Shown piece after piece: positions 8,152 to 16,474 of a stretch of DNA of 24,741 nt. The notes under the pieces were generated by a model. The model was not told the DNA's origin. It searched no databases and was given only the letters and a program-made list of their open reading frames with translations. Origin of the DNA: a virus (lineage: Duplodnaviria; Caudoviricetes). How positions within the stretch are numbered: position 1 is the first letter of the stretch; every line of letters begins with the position of its first letter. The position numbers and the translations under genes were made by a program. The DNA lies in the IMG/VR virus record IMGVR_UViG_3300027734_000299, positions 1 through 24,741 of that record. One strand, written 5' to 3'.

Positions 8152-8678
8152 TTATTCCTTTAGTAATAGATAGGAATATAAAAAAAGAAGTATTAAAGTT
8201 TGTAGATAATTCTGACAAATCTTTATGGACTATTAATCCTATAGGAGAGAACAGAAAATATTGTACTTTAAATGCTTTTAATATAGAGCTAACTAAAATA
8301 ATAAAAGATTACAGTAGTAAAGTATATAAATATTTTGAAATTGATAATATTATGTCTGAGCCTATATTTGGTAATTTTATAGGAGTTCAAACTAATGGAG
8401 CATTTGTTCATGAACATACAGATGAAGCCCCTAATGGTTTGCATCATATAAGACTAAACTTTTTAATATCAAAACCAGAACAAGGTGGAATGCCTAATAT
8501 TAATGGAATTGAATTTAAAGTTAATGAAGATGAAGCATGGTTTAATTGGGCTAATAAATACAGACATTCATCTAGTAGTGTAATAGGTGATAAAAAAAGA
8601 ATTGTATTAAGCCTTGGTGCATTAATAACTGAAGATAATGTTAATAAGATCATAGCTAAATGCGAATCCTTATCATAG
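8148..8678 (+). CDS. 2OG-Fe(II) dioxygenase
   Basis: HxD (HEHTD), distal His (YRHSS), 2OG-binding Arg (KRIVLS), KPEQGG strand; ATGA overlap with upstream gene. Confidence 0.8.
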   Translation: MIIPLVIDRNIKKEVLKFVDNSDKSLWTINPIGENRKYCTLNAFNIELTKIIKDYSSKVYKYFEIDNIMSEPIFGNFIGVQTNGAFVHEHTDEAPNGLHHIRLNFLISKPEQGGMPNINGIEFKVNEDEAWFNWANKYRHSSSSVIGDKKRIVLSLGALITEDNVNKIIAKCESLS

Positions 8679-9064
8679 GACTATCAGGTTCAGGTAAGAC
8701 TACACTAGCTAAAGAACTAAGTGCTAGCCTAAACGCTAAGCATTTAAATGCGGATGAACTCCGTAAGCAATACAACGACTGGGATTTCTCAGACGCAGGA
8801 AGGTTAAGACAAGCACATCGAATTAAAAACTTGTCTGATAAATATGATTTGGTAGTGTGTGATTTTATAGCACCTAAAGAAATACATAGACATATTGTAG
8901 ATGCTGACATATTAATATGGATGGATACAGTTAAAGAAAGTAAATATAAAGATACAGATAAATTGTTTGAAACACCAAAAAACTATAGCTTAAGAATATT
9001 AGAAAAAAACTCAAATTATTGGGCTAATATTATTTATGACAAGATAGGTAAAAATGAGTTATAA
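8660..9064 (+). CDS. Adenylylsulfate (APS) kinase-like P-loop protein (CysC-like, short)
   Basis: GLSGSGKTT Walker A, then LNADELR, DFSDAGRLRQ, VVCDFIAP, matching the CysC motif order (LDGDxxR, GFSxxDR, FISP). Confidence 0.7.
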   Translation: MRILIIGLSGSGKTTLAKELSASLNAKHLNADELRKQYNDWDFSDAGRLRQAHRIKNLSDKYDLVVCDFIAPKEIHRHIVDADILIWMDTVKESKYKDTDKLFETPKNYSLRILEKNSNYWANIIYDKIGKNEL

Positions 9065-9404
9065 AAAAGCATCAGAACTTGCACTAAAAGCCAAAAAAGT
9101 CTATTCATCAATAGATTCACCTTGGCATTGTTATTACCATGCTTTAAGTGGTGATGAACTAAAAGAACAGATTATGACTATTGCTCACAAGCCAACAGAC
9201 GCTATGATGAGTTTTGCATACAAAGATTTAACTGCACCTTACAAGATGTATGAAGATCAAGGTTTAGTTGAGTTTGTAAGACACAATTATAAAGTAACAG
9301 ATAATGAAATACCTGAATGTATCAACTGCATTAAAGAGTTTCTTGATGATGCTAAAATTGAATACACAGGAAAACCATTTTTTAATAAGGAAATAACAAT
9401 ATGA
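9054..9404 (+). CDS. Hypothetical protein
   Basis: 116 aa ORF overlapping both neighbours; no motif recognised. Confidence 0.6.
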   Translation: MSYKKASELALKAKKVYSSIDSPWHCYYHALSGDELKEQIMTIAHKPTDAMMSFAYKDLTAPYKMYEDQGLVEFVRHNYKVTDNEIPECINCIKEFLDDAKIEYTGKPFFNKEITI

Positions 9405-9652
9405 AATATGCTTTAGTATGTAAAAATGAACCTAGACAACAAGGTTATAGAGTAGCTGAAATTGTGGATACTTTACCATCTTTTGAACCTGCACCCGACC
9501 ATCAATGGATTGAATGTGCTGATGATTTAGTAGCGGATGCAAAGTGGTTTGATCCAAGTGATAACACTTATAAAGACTTTCCAATTCCTGAACCAACCCA
9601 AGCAAGGGCAGCTGACGGCCAACCAAAAACAAACGGAACACAAGAAATTTAA
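9401..9652 (+). CDS. Putative tail-fibre assembly/chaperone-type small protein
   Basis: 83 aa, MKYALV...RVAEIV...WIEC.DD...W.D....F..PEP pattern often seen directly after Gly-rich fibres; AAGGA SD. Confidence 0.5.
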   Translation: MKYALVCKNEPRQQGYRVAEIVDTLPSFEPAPDHQWIECADDLVADAKWFDPSDNTYKDFPIPEPTQARAADGQPKTNGTQEI

Positions 9653-9933
9653 TGGTTCAAGCAGCACCACTTAAACATAGCTTTACTTATGATGGAGCAC
9701 AGTTAAATGTAATTCATGCCAATAAGGGGGAAGGTTTACCTAAGCATTCTCACTCTTATAGTCATGCTACTATTTGCCACAACGGCTCTTGCGTTATAAG
9801 AATGGAAGGCAAAGAAAAGATTATTAATAAACACAGTGGTGCTTTTAATTTACCAGCTGGTGAGTGGCATGAGATTGAAGCATTGGAAGACGATACTGTA
9901 TTTGTAAACGTATTCTCAGAGGGTAAGTACTAA
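9652..9933 (+). CDS. Cupin domain protein
   Basis: GEGLPKHSHSYSHATICHNGS and LPAGEWHEIEALEDDTVF cupin motifs 1 and 2. Confidence 0.8.
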   Translation: MVQAAPLKHSFTYDGAQLNVIHANKGEGLPKHSHSYSHATICHNGSCVIRMEGKEKIINKHSGAFNLPAGEWHEIEALEDDTVFVNVFSEGKY

Positions 9934-10298
9934 TGGATCCAATAACAATCCTATCAGCTTTTGCTCCAGTAGTAATGGACTTAGGTAAGTCCCTTATTAA
10001 CAAGTTTGTAGCTCCAGATCAATTTAAACCTGCAACTATCGAGCAGTATGCTCAGATGAAGAACATAGACTTAGAGTTCTTTAAGGTTATGAATGATGCT
10101 GGGGCAGGTAATTCTTCATACCTTTGGGTAGAAGCCATCGTTAGATTAATGAGGCCTCTAATAGGCCTTCTTGTGCTTTCTACATGGGTATATATGCATG
10201 TAACTGGTATAGGAACTCCTGAGGTAGATAACTTTGCTAGTGCTGTAGGTTTCTACTTATTTGGTGAGAGAAGCTTATTTTATATTAAAAAGAAATGA
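9933..10298 (+). CDS. Putative holin (GTA-type 3TM holin-like)
   Basis: N-terminal amphipathic helix, W...RP followed by a TM segment, C-terminal GFYLFGERS and basic tail. Confidence 0.6.
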   Translation: MDPITILSAFAPVVMDLGKSLINKFVAPDQFKPATIEQYAQMKNIDLEFFKVMNDAGAGNSSYLWVEAIVRLMRPLIGLLVLSTWVYMHVTGIGTPEVDNFASAVGFYLFGERSLFYIKKK

Positions 10299-10633
10299 AT
10301 CTTATAACAGTTGAGTCGTGCAAGGCAGTTTACAGAATGTTACGTGAACTCCCACCCTTCAACAAGTATGAGTTACCTAGACCTTCAGAGATAGAATTTT
10401 TAGTAGTAGATGATCCTGCAATGTATGGGCAGTATCAACCTGAACCTCATTGTATTACAATTAGTTCAGCTAAGATGAGTCAACTACAGACCCTTGAGAA
10501 AACAATGGCACATGAAATGGTGCATCTTATTTTATACCTTCAGGGTAAAAGATATGAACTACATAACAAAAACTTCTATAACTTAACATATCAAATAGCC
10601 GCTATCTATGGCTGGGAACCTAAGGATTTATAA
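10295..10633 (+). CDS. SprT-like zinc metallopeptidase
   Basis: TMAHEMVHL (HExxH) plus downstream HNKNF third-ligand motif. Confidence 0.75.
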   Translation: MNLITVESCKAVYRMLRELPPFNKYELPRPSEIEFLVVDDPAMYGQYQPEPHCITISSAKMSQLQTLEKTMAHEMVHLILYLQGKRYELHNKNFYNLTYQIAAIYGWEPKDL

Positions 10634-10812
10634 TGGAACATTTACAAGAGTCAACTAAACACATAATAGACACAGCATCAATAGCTACTGCAGTAGGAAC
10701 CATGATGCAAGTATTGCCAGCAATTGCTGCTTTATTTACAATTATTTGGACTTTAATTCGTATTTACGAAACTAAGACAGTACAGAAACTATTAGGTAAA
10801 CATAAAGGATAA
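10633..10812 (+). CDS. 59-aa holin-like membrane protein (not in ORF track)
   Basis: TAATG coupling, AAGGA SD. MEHLQESTKHIIDTASIATAVGTMMQVLPAIAALFTIIWTLIRIYETKTVQKLLGKHKG has a hydrophobic core and basic C-terminus. Confidence 0.7.
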   Translation: MEHLQESTKHIIDTASIATAVGTMMQVLPAIAALFTIIWTLIRIYETKTVQKLLGKHKG

Positions 10813-10814
10813 GT

Positions 10815-11813
10815 ATGGCTACTTCAGGTACTACTACATTTACAGTTACCAGAGATCAGATTATTGAGGCTGCACTACGTAGTTTAGCAGTTCTTGAAGA
10901 AGGTGCTACACCAGGGCCTAATGCCCTAGAGAATGCTTCTTTCTCTTTAAATCTTATTCTAAAGAAATGGCAATCAGAAGGTATTAAACTATGGACTATT
11001 AAAGAGTATACACTACCTTTAGTTCCTAATCAAACTTCTTATACTATTGGACCTTCAGGAACTTATAATTTAAATGCTGCTAAACCTTTAAGACTTATTC
11101 AAGCTTACTTAAGAAACTTATCTAATGCTACATACTCAGTAGGTGAAATTTCTTTAACGTCTGGTGGTACGGGTTATACAGTACAACCAACTAATCCAGC
11201 TGCTACTACTGGTGGTACTGGATCTGGGGCTACATTTAACTTAACGTTTACTGGCCCAACTGTTACAAGTGTAATGCTTGCTAATACAGGTGGTAGTGGG
11301 TATGCTGTAGGTGATGTACTAACAATGACTGGTGGTACCTTTACAACACCATGTACTGTTACAGTAGACACTCTTTTAAGTGTATTTACAGATATGCCTA
11401 TGACTGTTATCTCACAACAAGAGTATAACATTTTAGGTGCAAAGCAATCACAAGGTAACGTAAATACTGTATACTATAAACCTTGGAGAGATTATGGGGA
11501 ACTAAGTGTATTCTTAACTCCTAATACTTTTACAGCTGAAAATTATAATTTACATTTATTTGTACAAACACCTATTGAAGACATAACATCAGCTAATCAA
11601 AACTTTGATTTCCCTTCAGAATGGTTTTTAGCTCTTAAATGGAATCTAGTTGCAGATCTTGCTTCAGATTATGAAAAGACTCTTACTGATAAACAATACT
11701 ATGAACAAAAAGCAAGTATGCTTAAGAATGAATTAATGGACTGGGATATTGAGTGGACCTCAACATTCTTCCAACCAGATGTAAGGGGCGGATTTAACAG
11801 GAGCTTTAGATAA
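10815..11813 (+). CDS. Head-tail adaptor (P22 gp4-like position) with inserted beta domain
   Basis: TRDQIIEAALRSLAV...LNLILKKWQSEGIKLW...DFPSEWFLALKWNLVADLA; directly before the gp10-like gene. Confidence 0.75.
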   Translation: MATSGTTTFTVTRDQIIEAALRSLAVLEEGATPGPNALENASFSLNLILKKWQSEGIKLWTIKEYTLPLVPNQTSYTIGPSGTYNLNAAKPLRLIQAYLRNLSNATYSVGEISLTSGGTGYTVQPTNPAATTGGTGSGATFNLTFTGPTVTSVMLANTGGSGYAVGDVLTMTGGTFTTPCTVTVDTLLSVFTDMPMTVISQQEYNILGAKQSQGNVNTVYYKPWRDYGELSVFLTPNTFTAENYNLHLFVQTPIEDITSANQNFDFPSEWFLALKWNLVADLASDYEKTLTDKQYYEQKASMLKNELMDWDIEWTSTFFQPDVRGGFNRSFR

Positions 11814-13465
11814 TGCCTATTGTTAATATTCCATTAACAACTCCTATAAAACAACGTACCAATGATGTTAGCAAAGATGCTAAGATGGTTAATTGTTTTA
11901 AAGAGACTTTAGCTGATGGTAGAACATTAGCTATTAAACGTCCAGGTAAAGCTTCTTATACAATTACACCAGTTCTTCCTTCATCAGGAGAAGGCTTATG
12001 GTCTTATAATAATAACCTATATGCTGCTGCTGGCGGTAAACTATTTAGTATTACTAGTGGTGTATCTACACAATTACTTACAGGTATGAGTGGAGAGAAT
12101 GTAAGTTGGGTAAATACTTTAGATACATCTAGTCCTCATCCTTACATGGTATTTCATGATCAAGTAAAGGGTTGGTATTTAACTGCTACAGGCACTATTT
12201 ATGAAATTCGTAAAATGGTAGCTGGTGTTACTTTAGTAAGTGGTGGTTCAGGATATCCTGCAACAGGTACATTTAGTATTACAGGATCAGTTAGTGGTAG
12301 TGGTGCTGTAGGGACTTATACTGCTGATGGTGGTGGTGTTATTACTAATGTTACTTTAACAAATCCTGGTTCTAATTACGCTGGTACATTAACTGTTGTA
12401 TTTTCAGGTGCAGGAACATTAGCAGTAGCTAATGCTTATTTAAATGCATTTCCAGCAAACCCTGTTCCAGGTTTAGTATACCTTGATGGTTATGTATTTG
12501 CAATGGATTCTCAAGGACAAATCTTTCAATCTGATAATGAAAATCCTGGTCAATGGAATCCTTCAAATTATACATCAGCTAAGTCAGAAGCAGATGAAGG
12601 TAAGGCTATAGCACGTCATCTTAATTATATTATAGCATTTAAAGAATGGACAGCTGACTTTTTCTATGATGCAGGTAATGCACAAGGATCTGTTCTATCT
12701 ATTAACCAAGCAGCTCATATGGAAATTGGATGTGCTGATGGTAATTCAATACAAAATCCAGAACAGTCTTTAATTTGGATGGGAACTGTAGTTGAAGGTG
12801 GTAGAAACATTATGGTAATGGATGGGTTATCACCTAGAAAAGTATCTACTAAAGCTGTAGAAAACTTCTTAAATGCTAGTAATTTAACTGGTACATATTC
12901 TTGGTTATATAAAATTGCTGGCCATACATTATATGGTTTAGTACTAACTGATCAAAATGTAACCCTTGTATATGACTTAGCAGAAGATCAATGGCATTAT
13001 TGGACTACAAGTAAAGATTATATTGCAGGTGGTGAAAACTACTTTGAATGTTCTTTTGTAACACAATTCCCATTTAACAGTGGTAACTTTTATGTATTAG
13101 ATGCTGTTAATGGTTTAGTATTTACATTAAGTCCTAATAACTATGTAGATCCTTTTGGGCCCATTAGGATGCGTGTAGTAACAGATCGTTTAGATTTTGA
13201 TACGTATGCATTTAAAACAGTATCAGGTTTAACTCTTTATGGAGATACAATTAATGATGTACTTAACATACGTCATACAGAAGATGATTATACTAACTGG
13301 TCTCAGTATAGACAAGTGCAATTAAACTTACAAAAACCTGGTTTATATCAACTTGGTAGGTTTAGACGAAGAGCTTATGAATATTTATATCAAGGTAATA
13401 ATCCTTTCCGTTTAGAAAAAGTACAATTTAATATTAATGGTAGATTAGATCCAAGCTCAGAATAA
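11813..13465 (+). CDS. Tail hub / packaged DNA stabilization protein (P22 gp10-like)
   Basis: 550 aa beta-propeller-like. KRPG, VYLDGYVF, IGCA...SI, GHTLY...TLVYDL...W..W, QLGRFRRR motifs. Confidence 0.8.
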   Translation: MPIVNIPLTTPIKQRTNDVSKDAKMVNCFKETLADGRTLAIKRPGKASYTITPVLPSSGEGLWSYNNNLYAAAGGKLFSITSGVSTQLLTGMSGENVSWVNTLDTSSPHPYMVFHDQVKGWYLTATGTIYEIRKMVAGVTLVSGGSGYPATGTFSITGSVSGSGAVGTYTADGGGVITNVTLTNPGSNYAGTLTVVFSGAGTLAVANAYLNAFPANPVPGLVYLDGYVFAMDSQGQIFQSDNENPGQWNPSNYTSAKSEADEGKAIARHLNYIIAFKEWTADFFYDAGNAQGSVLSINQAAHMEIGCADGNSIQNPEQSLIWMGTVVEGGRNIMVMDGLSPRKVSTKAVENFLNASNLTGTYSWLYKIAGHTLYGLVLTDQNVTLVYDLAEDQWHYWTTSKDYIAGGENYFECSFVTQFPFNSGNFYVLDAVNGLVFTLSPNNYVDPFGPIRMRVVTDRLDFDTYAFKTVSGLTLYGDTINDVLNIRHTEDDYTNWSQYRQVQLNLQKPGLYQLGRFRRRAYEYLYQGNNPFRLEKVQFNINGRLDPSSE

Positions 13466-13881
13466 TGAATGTAATTATAGTACCACAAGAACATAGACAC
13501 ATTATATTTCCTAAAGTAAAACACTATCTAGAAAAAGCAGCTAAACTTTCAGGTGGTAGAATTTCTATAGAAGAGATTGAAAATAATGTGTTATATAAAA
13601 ACCATCAGCTTTGGATTGCTTTTAATGATGATGAAATTGTAGCAACTGCTGATACAGAACTAATTCAGTATGCTAAAATTAAAACACTAGTGGGGCATTT
13701 TATTGGTGGTAAAGATTTAGAGTCTTGGAAACAACCTATTGTAGATGCAATGACTATGTTTGGTAAAGCAGAGGGTTGTTCTAGAATTGAATTTATGGGT
13801 CGTCGTGGTTGGACTAAACCATTAAAACAAATAGGCTGGAAAGAAACGTATCGTGTATATGAATATAATTTGGAGACGTAA
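13465..13881 (+). CDS. GNAT-like virion assembly protein (P22 gp14-like position)
   Basis: QLWIA...IGG....W...GC..IEF.GRRGW...L pattern, between tail hub and ejection genes. Confidence 0.55.
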   Translation: MNVIIVPQEHRHIIFPKVKHYLEKAAKLSGGRISIEEIENNVLYKNHQLWIAFNDDEIVATADTELIQYAKIKTLVGHFIGGKDLESWKQPIVDAMTMFGKAEGCSRIEFMGRRGWTKPLKQIGWKETYRVYEYNLET

Positions 13882-13883
13882 CA

Positions 13884-14573
13884 ATGATTAACTTATTTAA
13901 CTGGGTAACTCTTTTAGTAGAATCATTTACCTTTTATGGTGGTGGTAAAGGTGGTGGTGGTAGTACACAACAATCTACTTCACAAGCTGTAGACTTTTTT
14001 GGTGTAGACAAACGACAAAAGTATGAAGATCTTCTTTACAAATATGTATCAGGAGACTCTGATACTTTAGCTAATGTTAAAAATCAACCTGGTTTTCAAT
14101 TTGGTTTAGATTTAGCAAATGAAGCACAAGATCGTAGTTTTGCAGCTACTGGTGTAGGTCCCTCAGGTTATGAAAATATTGCTAGAAGTAATTTAAATCA
14201 AGGTTATGCTCAAAATTATATCAATGGTATGATTGGTAATTTAACAGCTCCTTCTGGTGCTGGTATTAGCTTAGGTCAAAACTCAACAATGACAAGTAGT
14301 TCACAAGGTCAAAGTCCATTATGGAACGTAGCAGGTACTGTTGCAGGTGCTATGCCTTGGGGTAAAATATTCTCTGATAAAAATCTTAAAACTAATATTA
14401 AACATATTCAAACTATTAAAGGTATTAAAATTTATAGCTTTAATTATATATGGTCTCATGTTAAATCTATTGGTGTCCTTGCACAAGATCTTCTTAAGAT
14501 GCCTGAATATAAACATACGGTAAGTTTAACTAGTCTTGGTTACACTGTTGACTATTCTAAATTACCTATCTAA
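13884..14573 (+). CDS. DNA ejection protein (P22 gp7-like) with C-terminal peptidase S74 autocleaving chaperone
   Basis: Leader then GGGKGGGG; PGFQF motif; SDKNLKTNI...IYSFNY...GVLAQDL...GYTVDYSKL S74 signature from 14373. Confidence 0.75.
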   Translation: MINLFNWVTLLVESFTFYGGGKGGGGSTQQSTSQAVDFFGVDKRQKYEDLLYKYVSGDSDTLANVKNQPGFQFGLDLANEAQDRSFAATGVGPSGYENIARSNLNQGYAQNYINGMIGNLTAPSGAGISLGQNSTMTSSSQGQSPLWNVAGTVAGAMPWGKIFSDKNLKTNIKHIQTIKGIKIYSFNYIWSHVKSIGVLAQDLLKMPEYKHTVSLTSLGYTVDYSKLPI

Positions 14574-14588
14574 CTAAAGGATTATATC

Positions 14589-16457
14589 ATGGCATTTTCT
14601 GATGGCTTTTCAGCTGGACTTCAACTAAGAAAGTATATGGATGAGCAAAGTAAAGAAGAACAAGCTACTGAAATATATAATAGAAACATGGGTATAGATC
14701 CAGCTACTCCTATAGTTCCTGATGGTTTTGCAGCTCCTCAATCTATACCTACTAATTATACTAAAGGTACTGGTTTTGGTGGTCAAGAAACAATGATGCC
14801 TAAAGGTGCTATGTCTATGACTCCAGGTACTACTAATGAAAAGATGGTGGCTAATAAAGATACAGTACCAGGTTATAGAGATGGTAATGTAACTACTTAT
14901 CCGTATCAAATTAATGAACCTATTCAAAACACAACTCCAATAGGAACATCTCCATACAATACTACAGAACCTGTAACTCAACAAGCTCCTAATTATAATG
15001 TAATGAATGGCTACCCAGCAGGGGCTCAACCAAGTACTGAACCTACTGGTCCTGCTATGCCTAATGCTATTACTCAAGATTACGATGCTAATACTCCTAA
15101 AGAAGTTAAGGATAAACTAGCAAATGCTCAGACAGAAGATGAATATAATAGTATTTTAAATGATTATAAAAAGTCTCAACAACCTAAAGAGTCTAGTTTT
15201 TATGACAAGACTGTTGCAGAAGTTACATCTGCTAAAAATAAAGTAGAATCACATCAAGAAGAATTAGCTCGTATTAAAAAAACAGCTAATGAAATGAGAT
15301 CTAAAGGTCTTTGGAAAGAAGCTGAAAAGTTTGAAACTAAAGCTGTTCAAACTCAAAAAGATTATTATGAATCTACAAATGAATATAATAAAGTTGTAAG
15401 TAAAGCTTTAGAGACTAAAGCAGGTTTAGCTAAATCATATTTAAATGCTCTTGAAGCTGGTGTAGATCCTGAGTTTGCTTTTAATCAAACATTAATGAAA
15501 GCTCATAGCATGGGCATTCCTGACTTAGATCAATATAAATCTATGAGTGGTACTCAACGTGCTCAAGCTGCTCAAATGATTGTTGATGATGCTATTTCAA
15601 CTAAAGACAGACTTAGAACTGATCTTGAGATTATGAAAGATGAGACTAAAAAAGCTCTGTTTAATAAAACTATAACTCAAAAACAAGAAACTAATCTTAT
15701 GAAAGATAGATGGCATACAGAAGAGCGTGAGCTTAAAGAAAAATCTCTTGATATAAAAGCTGTTAAAACTAATTTTGATATGGCTAACCAAACTGTTAAG
15801 AATACTCAAAGAGATCTTAAGATGATTCAAGATCGTTTAGATTTAATTAAAAATGGTTATGTAATTAAAGATGACTTTGGTAATATTATGTCTCCTGCTG
15901 AATCACAACGTGAAGCTCAGGTTTTAGTACAACAACGTGAAAACTTGCAAGATAGGTTAGTTGCTGCAGAAGAACATGCTGCTAATGTTAAAAAGTATAT
16001 TCCTACTAAAGAATTAAAAGAAATTGAAAAAGCAGATAAAGTTTTAAATAATCAAACATCTGCTATTCCTGAAAAGAATGCTAATATTATTAAATCATAC
16101 TTTAATAAAATAGTTGCTTTACCTGCTGATAGACAAGCTCAACAATTTAATATTTTAAAATCTAATGTAGAAGCAGAACATCCTGGATATACTTTAGATA
16201 CTAAAGGTAATCTTGTTGAGAAAGGTAATGTTTCTGCTGAATCTAAACCAGAACCTAAAACTCAAGAGAATGTATTAAAATCATTTGAAGGATCTCCAAA
16301 TCGTGTAAAAGTTGATGTAACTAAACAACCAACATCTTTTATTAGTGATGCTCAAGATGCTATTGTTAGAAGAATGGGTCCAGTAGAAGATCCTATAACA
16401 GGTAAAATGATTACTCGATCAGAGTTCCGTAAAAAATATGGTGAAAATCCTAAGTAA
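14589..16457 (+). CDS. DNA ejection protein (gp20-like position)
   Basis: 622 aa. MAFSDGFSAG N-terminus, P/T/N-rich disordered region, long K/E/Q coiled coils; between gp7-like and gp16-like genes. Confidence 0.6.
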   Translation: MAFSDGFSAGLQLRKYMDEQSKEEQATEIYNRNMGIDPATPIVPDGFAAPQSIPTNYTKGTGFGGQETMMPKGAMSMTPGTTNEKMVANKDTVPGYRDGNVTTYPYQINEPIQNTTPIGTSPYNTTEPVTQQAPNYNVMNGYPAGAQPSTEPTGPAMPNAITQDYDANTPKEVKDKLANAQTEDEYNSILNDYKKSQQPKESSFYDKTVAEVTSAKNKVESHQEELARIKKTANEMRSKGLWKEAEKFETKAVQTQKDYYESTNEYNKVVSKALETKAGLAKSYLNALEAGVDPEFAFNQTLMKAHSMGIPDLDQYKSMSGTQRAQAAQMIVDDAISTKDRLRTDLEIMKDETKKALFNKTITQKQETNLMKDRWHTEERELKEKSLDIKAVKTNFDMANQTVKNTQRDLKMIQDRLDLIKNGYVIKDDFGNIMSPAESQREAQVLVQQRENLQDRLVAAEEHAANVKKYIPTKELKEIEKADKVLNNQTSAIPEKNANIIKSYFNKIVALPADRQAQQFNILKSNVEAEHPGYTLDTKGNLVEKGNVSAESKPEPKTQENVLKSFEGSPNRVKVDVTKQPTSFISDAQDAIVRRMGPVEDPITGKMITRSEFRKKYGENPK

Positions 16458-16474
16458 TACATAAAGGAGTTCTA

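Noticed and set aside
14341-14523. Hydrophobic +1-frame ORF over the S74 domain
   Set aside because: TTG start and Leu/Ile richness expected from T-ending codons, with no codon anomaly in the host gene. It illustrates the artefact that also tempers nested ORF D.
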